64,000 nt of DNA, from the NCBI RefSeq assembly GCF_003918875.1, contig NW_025767401.1, forward strand, positions 992,001-1,056,000. The letters are read 5' to 3'. Source of the DNA: Haliotis rubra. Taxonomy: Eukaryota. Positions within the stretch are counted from its first letter, which is position 1, and the number at the start of each line of letters is the position of its first letter. Below the pieces are notes generated by a model. The model saw only the letters and a list, made by a program, of their open reading frames with translations, was not told the DNA's origin and searched no databases. Below are positions 39,090-50,200 of this stretch, piece after piece. The position numbers were made by a program, and so were the translations under genes.

Positions 39090-39656
39090 CGAGGGACGTT
39101 CACAAAGTAGTCTGCCTCACCCAGAAAATGATATAAATGCAGCTGTTTGTATCATGTATCTTTCTACATATGCTCTGTCAACCTCAAGCAAATTGGTTTT
39201 GCCATGTCCAGCCCCACGATCCCCAATTTGATTGAATTTTTATCTTGCAAGTGTCAGCTCTCAATATGTAACATTTGTAAACAGGGCCAGTTTGAATATC
39301 TGGGGAAAAAAAGAGCCCCTGTCTAAATATAAATCATGCAATCCATAACTTTGAATGTTGATTATAACGGGAAGTCATCCAATACTATACTGAACATATC
39401 TTAAATGACATTATCTGAGGGCATACCATTATCCAAAAGTTAGCAAATGACAGATCGTTTTTCATTTTCTGCAAATATTTAAAGAAATATTGTACCCCAG
39501 TGTGTTGTGATGACTAATATCTCGTTAACCACATTATCCACATATGTGAAATTTGGAACATGACTTTGCTAATGATTCCTTCAAAATAAATGGAAGCTTT
39601 TCTAAAATTGGACATCAGGAATATAGTTAGGCCGACTACTTTTTGAACGTCCCTCT
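39090..39656. mobile_element. mariner-like non-autonomous element
   Basis: TA-cgagggacgttcacaaagtagtctgcct ... aggccgactactttttgaacgtccctct-TA. A similar single end sits at 54108 (tacgagggtcgatcagaaagtac). Confidence 0.75.
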
Positions 39657-40620
39657 TAAAGGTAGCACAATTCGGATCTCTCTTGTGTTTAAAACCTATA
39701 TCAAACTAAAAGCGGTCGCACGTTTGAATTTATAGTGGGTATGAATAAGACAGGAGTCTCCAAGGTTATGCTTGTTATAAGCTTTGTCTAAACGTGTACA
39801 GCTTTAACAGAACCCATGATACATGAAATTGCAAAACGTTGATTTTTTTAGTGACCGTATCTTGTCTGTTGGTTCCCGGTAATGATGTGTATGGGGCTAG
39901 CAATCCAATGGCCCGACGGCATTCTCATACACGGACTAAACTGTAGAAAAGGTAACTCTCAAACATCAACAAGGAGATGAAAAGGTCAATAAATGATATT
40001 TGACCTGATTACAAACACCATCAAATATTGCATCAGTATTACCTGCTTATCGATTCGCGTATCTGGCATGGCAGTGTGTCATTGACGATGTTTCCCGGCC
40101 AAAAGCCGATATAGCACGCACGTGTTTATCCATTACAACCAGTATCTTGCACACTGACTAACATGCAAGCCAGTCCGCTAAATACGCATAAACAAAACAG
40201 ATCACTAAACATGCAGGTGTAAATCCAGCACAACCAGTAACTTACACACCGACTAACACGCAAACCAGTCCGCTAAACGAGCAGCAGTTTGGCACCGCTG
40301 CAGGCACCACACTCACATTCACACCCGACATCAATACTATATGCTACCAATGAAGGGGATTCAGTTATAATTGTTCTGTGCCAAGTCCACATGGGATGAG
40401 GAAACGTTATTTCTCAATGGGGAATAATCTCTCAGACTCATGTCTCGGAGGCTAAAACTGAAATGTGGTATATATCTTAAGTTTTTCAATATTCTCCATT
40501 GTATACATTGTAAACAGGACAGGAAAACCAACCCGAGTTTCCCGAGCGAACGCAACTCATTGACAGCATTTCCCTCGTGACTGATTCCAGTCTACAACTC
40601 AAGGCGCTCGAAATATCATA

Positions 40621-40737
40621 TACTCATGCCAATAATGGTTGTCACCCACCCCCGACCCTCAACACCCCACCCCCACCCCTCACCCACCAATCCAAAAATT
40701 TTTTTTGAAGGGGTGACAACCATTATTGGCATGAGTA
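40621..40737. mobile_element. 117-bp MITE with 27-bp TIRs and TA TSD
   Basis: tactcatgccaataatggttgtcaccc / gggtgacaaccattattggcatgagta. The paralogous empty site gcgctcgaaatatcaTAtttgcacaata is at 38341-68. Confidence 0.92.
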
Positions 40738-41229
40738 TATTTGCACAATATTTTTTGTATGTCTCAATATCTTAATGAGATTTCTTTCTGAAACAGTTAT
40801 GACATCAGACATGGTGTGAATCTCAAATTTATTTCATTTCATCCAGTATGCTCGAACACTTCTTAAAATATACACAAAGAACTTATTTAAGAACACCCTG
40901 TATTTTTGCATCAAATTGCAAAACGTTGATTAGTTGACTATAGTGAACGTATCTGGTCTGTTGGTTCCCGGTAATGGTGTGTATTGGTGTAGCATTCTCA
41001 TACACGAACTAAACTGAAGAAAAGGTAACTCTCAAACATCAACAAGGAGATGAAAAGGTCAATAAATGATATTTGACCTGATTACAAACATCGTGAAAGA
41101 TTGCATCAGTATATTACTTGCTATCTGGCATGATATTGTGTTATCTCCAACGTCAATACACACATGCCGGCGTAGGCATATATACTGGGCCTGTCTGACG
41201 CTCAACGTGGTAGTCTATACTGCTCTAAC

Positions 41230-44200
41230 ATGGGTGTTCTTAGGACGTTAGTATTGTTAGTCCTGGTATACACATGCAGCGGTGAGTATACCTACCCTGT
41301 GGACGACACACCCGGACTAGGCCGGGTATTTGATGGTATTGGTGCCATCAGCGGAGGAGGGGTGAGTATGTGTTACGTGTGACCTTGTGTGGTTGATGAC
41401 TGTTTGACTGGTGGCTTTGCTTGCATGCAGACATGATAAGTGGAAAAGAATGTTTAATTAATTTTTGTTTGACTGTTTGACTAATGATTTACTCTACAGT
41501 CAATGAACAATATTTGTGTCCTATTCCTACAATTTGACAGTATCGGAATGTTTTGTTAATTTCAGGCTACATCCAAACTCTTGGTCGGCTACCCACAACA
41601 ACAAAGAGATGAAATCCTGGATTTCTTGTTTACCGTAAGGATTAAACAATTTATCAAATTTACCTAGTGAAACAAGTTTCCGTTATAGGTCTTTAATACA
41701 TTATCGTATTGTACTTCAATAATGTTGAATGGAAATTAATATACAAGAAATCTAAATCTATCGCTTGCTAAGTTATCAAAGATATTATCTTAACATTATC
41801 AATATTTCAATGAAACAAAACTTATAAAACTATAAAATAACTACATTTTCAATTAACCCTTTCAGCCAAACTTTGGAGCATCACTTCATATTTTCAAAGT
41901 TGAGATTGGAGGTGATGCCCAGAGCTCAGGTAAGACTTTCTGACGGAGACATATTTGTAAAACCAAATTCATGAAAATGCCAATAACTGAATTTTCAATA
42001 CTATTATATCAATAATCCCTCACAAGTGTACATATGCTTGACATGTGTTTTGTTCCCAGAGGGCACGGAGGCCACACACATGAGGAGCCCTGATGACCAG
42101 AACTACAACAGGGGCTATGAATGGTGGATGATGAAAGAAGCCAAAAAGGTAAGCTGGACTTGGTTGCACTCAGGATACCCTCCTCGATATTTGTGATACC
42201 TGTCACACCCAGTATGTCTAACCCTTAGAGCTGATAAGTAGTATCCGTTTTTGAGTGGCACACGTGGTAGCCAGATGGTATCGAAAAGTCAAAGAGAATT
42301 ATCAAACATATGTTTATCTCGTCCTGAGCAAAGATTCACAAAATGGTCTTAGGGCTACGGTGATCGTAATCCTATAAACTCAGCCCTTCACACTTGCCGC
42401 ACTGTATCTATGGATTCTATTCTCTAGTTTCTTACACCAGCGTAATATGTCATGAACCTGCTACCCCCAGCAACCTAGTTACCTTCCCTGTAAAGAATGT
42501 ATACCTTAGTTTACCGTGGCTATAATCACTTTCCTACCTGTTATATTGCCAACTGTCAAGGTAGGGTTTGCACAAAGTACTTGCTTGAGAGCCTGTTCAC
42601 TATACTATACACATTACTTCATGGATAGACAAGGTAGGGTTTGCACAAAGTACTTGCTTGAGAGCCTGTTCACTATACATGTACACATTACTTCATGGAT
42701 AGGCAAGGTAGGGTTTGCACAAAGTACTTGCTTGAGAGCCTGTTCACTATACTGTACACATTACTTCATGGATAGGCAAGGTAGGGTTTGCACAAAGTAC
42801 TTGCTTGAGAGCCTGTTCACTATACTATACACATTACTTCATGGATAGGCAAGGTAGGGTTTGCACAAAGTACTTGCTTGAGAGCCTGTTCACTATCATG
42901 TTTACACATTACATTCATGGATAGGCAAGGTAGGGTTTGCACAAAGTACTTGCTTGAGAGCCTGTTCACTATACTGTACACATTACTTCATGGATAGGCA
43001 AGGTAGGGTTTGCACAAAGTACCTGCTTGAGAGCCTGTTCACTATACTGTACACATTACTTCATGGATAGGCAAGGTAGGGTTTGCACAAAGTACTTGCT
43101 TGAGAGCCTGTTCACTATACTGTACACATTACTTCATGGATAGACAAGGTAGGGTTTGCACAAAGTACTTGCTTGAGAGCCTGTTCACTATACTGTACAC
43201 ATTACTTCATGGATAGGCAAGGTAGGGTTTGCACAAAGTACTTGCTTGGGAGCCTGTTCAGTATCATGTATACATTACTTCATGGATAGGCAAGGTAGGG
43301 TTTGCACAAAGTACTTGCTTGAGAGCCTGTTCACTATACTGTACACATTACTTCATGGATAGGCAAGGTAGGGTTTGCACAAAGTACTTGCTTGAGAGCC
43401 TGTTCACTATACTGTACACATTACTTCATGGATAGGCAAGGTAGGGTTTGCACAAAGTACTTGCTTGAGAGCCTGTTCACTATACTGTACACATTACTTC
43501 ATGGATAGGCAAGGTAGGGTTTGCACAAAGTACTTGCTTGGGAGCCTGTTCAGGCTATCACTTATACTATACATTACTTCATGGATAGGCAAGGTTGGGT
43601 TTGCACAAAGTACTTGCTTGAGAGCCTGTTCACTATACATGTACACATTACTTCATGGATAGGCAAGGTAGGGTTTGCACAAAGTACTTGCTTGAGAGCC
43701 TGCTCACTATACTGTACACATTACTTCATGGATAGGCCATTTTGGGTTTGCACAAAGGACTTGCTTGCAAAGTGTACAGACATTACTTGACGGAGGAATG
43801 TAAATCTAAAATTTGCTTTGCTTTTGTTGTTGTGTAATAGTACTGATGACATACCAGGTTTGACTTCAAGGAACTGTTTTCAAATTTGATTATGTCTGCT
43901 TAATCATCACTCAGCCCTGCAACAGGTGTGTAATAAGTAACCTGATAACAATAATAGAATTATTTGCATCAGCTGAAGGGTATCTTAGACATCTTATCTT
44001 TGAAAATATATATTATGCATTAATTTCTTTCCCTAATCATCATTACTTATTATGTCATCCTTCTACAATCTATTTACTGAAAATATTTGGTCAGAAACCA
44101 TGTTGTAAGTGTATTCCATCACTATTACCACTATTAGATACAGAGATAAAGTATGCAAAACATATTCAAAGATATTCGTTGTATGATGGTGATGTGTGAA

Positions 44201-47200
44201 AGTGTATTGAGTATATTGATGTGAATGTATTCTACATACATGTGCTCAACTGTATATTACACTGTGGAAATAATGATGGTAAAAACAAATATATTAAAAT
44301 AATTACTTATGTTTATTATTTTAAAATGTTTAAATAAAATCACATCTTAGAACACAAAACCATGTGAAATTGTGTTTATGTGTTGATTAGGCACCCATTT
44401 CATTTTTCTTCATTCAACTCTAATTAAAGACATAAGCTACTGAAAATCAAACATGAGATAACGTCAACTGTGAAGTGTAATTTCTTTCCTTCCTCAGTTA
44501 AAATGCATGTATATATCATTTCAGCGTAACCCTGACATCAAGCTGTACGGACTCCCGTGGGGGTTTCCTGGCTATCTTGAAGACCCCATCAACAGCGTGT
44601 ATGGTCAGCCAGAACGTACAGCGCAGTATATTGCCAATTGGGTCATTGGTGCCAAGAAGTTCCACAACCTGACAATAGATTACGTTGGGGTATCACACTT
44701 TATCTGCGTAGCTTTAGTGCCTGTTCTAATGTCTGATTACATTAATGAAGCATATAACATTATATACAAATGTTTAGCAGACAGAAACTCTAGACTTGTA
44801 ACGTGTAATATAGGTAACATAGTGAAAATCCTTTATTGCAAGTTAAAACGCGTGTTTGGTGATTCGGCTTAATCGTCATTTTGGGGGCTAAACTATCTCT
44901 GAGACATCATTACTTGGGGAGTAAGTGAGTATGGTTTTACGCCTCTTTTGACAATATTCCAGCAATATCACGGCAGGTGGAGCCAGAAATGAGCTTCACG
45001 CATTGTGGAATCGAACCCGGGTCTGTATAAATGAATGGAGTATATGTTGATATAGGGAAACCTATATAATTGGATATAATCGTGGGTAGCTACTTATGAC
45101 ACATACATTACCTAGAAGTTTATGAAAGGGATGTCGTAGTAACCAGATGGGGAACTGTCAGTCAGCTTGTCAGTCAACTATAAGAGAGCATACTTTTTTG
45201 TCAACATGTGAAACATAATTATCCATTGCATCGTAACGTTTATACCTGTACTATCCTGTCATCCCAAATATTCTCTTGCGGCATAAAAAATAATGACGTA
45301 GAAATAGTGACAAAAGACTATTGAATAATGAAACGAAACGCACAGAAAACAATTGATTACGATTTAAGTTAATGTGGAAAGTAATTATACAAGTATTATA
45401 CAACTTTCATTTGTGTAATTAATAGTTTGATCTACTGCTATATCGCAGTCTTCTAGTTTAGTGTAAGTATTACGTTGTTTGACTATGATGATGAATGTTT
45501 GACTATGAACATGCTACGTTATCTTGTTTGCTATTTTATTTATTTCAGTGTTGGAATGAACATCTATACAACACAACGTATATAAAGGTGAGTTTTTAAC
45601 TTATAAATAACAACGATTGGTATCTTTTGCTTTAGAAAATGTGTTAAATACCAATGAACAGAACCGATGAAACCCCTTCAGCACCTATAAGAAATGTCGG
45701 TTTAAAATTCCGACTATGTCATGGGTAAGTGATCATGAATCTCTGTCAAGTATAAAACCATGTGTTTGCGAAAAGGTAAGCATATCGTGCCCATTGGTGG
45801 CACCCGTCACAAATGCCAAGTCAATTATACACCTGAAGTTCGGGAATGGTGGTAGATGTCAAAATATGGAATTGTTTCGGAGATTATCTTTGTCCCTGAC
45901 GTGTCAGCCTTTCAAACTCCCCCCACCTGTCTACCATAAAACTATGAGAAAGCTTTACAGAAGCCTTTAATGTTAAAGCCAAGAGTAGTGTCACGCTCTT
46001 CGAAATCGTCGTGAAACGAGTATTCTTGATTGTACCTCAAATGATCACACCAAAGGCTGGAGCTGTTGGAAAATTGCTCTACATGAAGGGATATTTAACT
46101 ATTGGAAAGTTGAAATCATTACTTTTGTCATATTGCCTTGTGGAGAGTTTGTGTCTCTCTGAATCAAATAATGGAACACACAAGGCGGTCTCACTTGTCT
46201 ATAAGTTCAGGTGGGTAAATCAGTGGAAAGGAATAGATTAGTGAACGGCATTAGATCACTGATATACGTGAATCCTAGTGAAGCTTCGTGGCTATATTAT
46301 TATGTCCATACATTATTTCGAAGTTAGGGCCCCGATAATGTAACCACTGTCTTGTTCAACAGGTGTTGAGGAAAGTCCTTGACAACAATGGCCTCCAAGA
46401 CACGCTCATCGTAGCTGCAGATTACTTCCAATGGGACGACTTCGCAACTGATATTTTAAATGATCCTGAACTTGACAAAGCCATCTATGCCATGGGGTAT
46501 GTGTTGACATTGGTTGTTTCAACTGTTTTATGATGAAGAAACAAACCTTACGTCTTACCGGTAATAGTCCAAGAGCGAAGCCATTAAGAATTTGCTGCTT
46601 GAATGCAAACAATTTTAAGGGTAATCATTTGTTGCATTTCAAGCCCACCATTTCATAGTTCGTGTATAAACTGTTTCTTTTCCTGCAGTCTACCGTTAAC
46701 CCTCAAACCAGAACCATGCATGTATAATTTAAAGGAGGTATATATTCGTTATGAGTGGTTTAACGTTAATGTTATTTCAGAGTACACTATCCACACACTA
46801 ACAGTTCTTCCCTGGCTCAAAAGTTGGGCAAACCTCTGTGGGCATCGGAGGATACATCTGACAAAGGCGACGCTGTAAGTACATGTCTCACAGTAATGCA
46901 CTACTGTGATATGACAACGAACAATCTGTCACGGAATGTATCATTTTCACGCATCGGGCAGCATTGGTCCCAGTACCCAATGCCTGTCGGGGAGGCCTTT
47001 TAATGTACATTATAACATTACTGGCTGTCATACTGGCATTGATTGGTGCTCATGCTTTCAAACATTGCTTTTATCCAGATATTATGTACATGTACCTGTC
47101 ATGTGCTAATAGTTTGCTGCATGCGGCATTGAACAACATTCAACCACTACTTATCTGATTAAGACCTTTTATCCATGGATACACTACAAAAGTGAATGTG

Positions 47201-50200
47201 CGATTCTATATATCGAGATTGATATTTTGTAAATGTGACGCTTATATGGGAATACTTGTCCTGTAGCGTTTCTATCTTTGTTATCATGAGGAACAGTACC
47301 TCATTTGTAAAGATATTTATTTGAAAAGCACAAAATATTTGCACAATATAAAAAAATAATTTGACAAGCTGGTTTCTTTACAAAATGTATTACTGGATAA
47401 ACTTTGTAAAACATATCTACGTATACCTTCCAAGTTGATTGTGTATTTTATGGTTCTTAAGGGTGAACAAATATAATTCCTCGTTGATACTTCTCTGAAG
47501 GGAATATAATGGAAACAGGTAGATCGTTGGTCAATTCTTCGTTTCAGAACTGGAATCGAGACTACGTAAACGGGTACATGACAAGGTAAGCCAGATAATG
47601 TAAATATATACCCAATTTACAACTGTTACACAATCCGTTGGAAATAGTTTCAATTAAAAGGCATCTTTGCGAAAACTGAATACAGAATACGGTTTCGTTT
47701 CTTCATTGCGAGGCTATCAAGTGATATGTATGTTACCCTAAGCTTCCTCTGTTTGTTTCCTTCTCAACCTAGCACCATCGTGTGGGCGGCTCTGTGTAGC
47801 TGGTACTCCTTCCTGCCTCACTTCCCGTCGGCACTTATGCTGGCCAATGAACCTTGGAGTGGACATTATGAGACCTTTGATTTCCTATGGCTTGCAGGTC
47901 AGTATTGATTTCAACACCCAATCAATGTTAGTTGGGTTCTTATATATATTATTGTCGTGTTCATGATAACACTTAACGGGGGTCAGTTATACCGATGAAA
48001 CTGGGTGATTGGGTCTCAGTGCACAAACTGAACTGTTCATGAATTGTTTGCTATTGGATATTCCAAACACCGAATTAAGAGTTTTTTAAGAGTTTATGAC
48101 GTCAGAATCACAATTGTTGCAGCTCATACTGGCCAGTTTACCAAGCCCGGATGGACCTACCTGAAGCACGGGTACGGGGTGGGGAAGCTGGTTAAAGGAG
48201 GCAGCTATGTCTCTCTGATCAGTCCGGACAAGAAGGACCTTACAATCATCATTGAGAAAATGGTGAGGCCGTATAAACAAAGTAAATCAGAATCACATAT
48301 TTTCTTTTACAGAAAGTTTATGAAAACCTCTTTCTCAAATCTGACATCCTTTTATTTTGATATTAAAGGTATTGATTCTTTCAAGTGACCTTGAATAGGT
48401 CTTGTGTTTGTCGTTTTCTTATAAGGTTTATAGAGTCTTTCATTATTGCAGCATCAAGATGACGGCCCTGCAGATATAGAGATGGAGAACATCACATTTC
48501 AAATCAAAGGGACATTTGTAAGTCTTAGTGGAACCTGTGAAAACACTTTTAAAAACATGTTTTCATATGTGGGTATACTGTTTATACCCCCTGTAAGCGC
48601 TTACCAGATCCAGAACTTCCTCACATGCATGTAAACATTAAACCATTATCTAGATCGTCTTGGTTTTATCTACCTTCTCTTCAGCCGTNNNNNNNNNNNN
48701 NNNNNNNNNNNNNNNNNNNNNNNNNNNNNNNNNNNNNNNNNNNNNNNNNNNNNNNNNNNNNNNNNNNNNNNNNNNNNNNNNNNNNNNNNNNNNNNNNNNN
48801 NNNNNNNNNNNNNNNNNNTGTAATTTGATGTGTTAGCACACACGTCTACTGCTTACATCAATATCTCAAAGAAACACTCACTTTGCGATTGTTACCAGCA
48901 GTTTTTATTAATATACAGTGTTTGTGTATCGATGATCAAGATGAGCATGATATATCTTCACAGGCAGGTATCACCCATCTCAACAGTTGGAAAACATACA
49001 TCTCCTCTTATCCGGGCGATTATCAGAATTTCTTTAAACAATTTCCAGTTCAGGTAATTAATACATATTTCACTTTTGGTTGGTGAAGAAATATCTGAAG
49101 TTTTTTCTGCCTCTCCAGTTTCATTTTCACATTTAACGTTTTCATTTTTTGCGGCAATGTTAGCTTTTCTTCTCATGGATCCATGTTAAAAAATTGAAAG
49201 AGTAGCTGATAGGACCCATATCTTAATGTTCATTATTAAAGGATATATTCTATCCATTCTGAAAATGACAGTTTTGAATAATGTTTGACGGAAGGTATTT
49301 TCCATTGAATATCATGCAATTGAAATGTAACCATATAAACAGGTTGTAAATGGAATCTTCAATCTGACTATCTACCCGGAAACTACCTTCACCTTGACGA
49401 CGTTGACGACCGGACATAAAGGGGAACCCCCGAAGCCCCCAGCTTCCGCCCCGTTCCCACTGTCACATGCGGAGGACTTTGAACGTAAATATACTGTAAA
49501 CAATTAATAACTCTACAGTCGTGGATTGGAACTGGTTTCATGACATATGGAACATCTAACGTCAAAGGCATGTTAAGTATTTGTCATTTGGTTAAGGAAC
49601 TGCCAGAAGCTTATAGGTATCGCTTTCCGTTGGAAACTTCAGTACCTACCGATACGTCAATAAACGAGGTTTGATGAATTTCCTGTAAATTCACCTTAAC
49701 ATATAGTTCACAGGGGGTTTTTTAAACTTGGAATAAGGTTTTATGTGTATGTTATAAATAGAGATTATTACACGAGCAAGTGTGTCATACGAGTGTGAAA
49801 TTTTGTATTGACCTAGCGAGGCAAGAGTGATATGTGTACATGTACACATATGATATCTATGATACTGGTTATGTTATGTTTGGGTAATAAACAGAGTTAT
49901 CATACATTAGTTGCACACGTAATACTGTGGATACGGTGCGCTATTTGACCATGTGTTTGACAAAAGGTTATTGGAACCACAGGGTGGTTTTCTTTATAAA
50001 TATCGTTTTTACATTTCTATCCTAAGTGCCTTACCTGGATACAGATGAGTAGACGTTCTCAAGAGTGCAGGTTCAATTTATAGCCGTAATTGTATCAGTT
50101 AAGACATATGTCTGGATAAGTCTTCATTTAATTTTCGAATATTGAAACATCATGGTGAATATGGAAAATTTAATAAACTGAAATATATTTTTAATAATTT

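Noticed and set aside
32460-43790. ORFs inside the 68-bp and 73-bp arrays
   Set aside because: Unit lengths are not multiples of three and stops recur. No exon structure supports them.
48689-48818. Missing GALC-3 exon hidden in the gap
   Set aside because: Exons 12 and 13 flank the gap in compatible phase 0, and the missing loop belongs to the start of exon 12, upstream of the gap.
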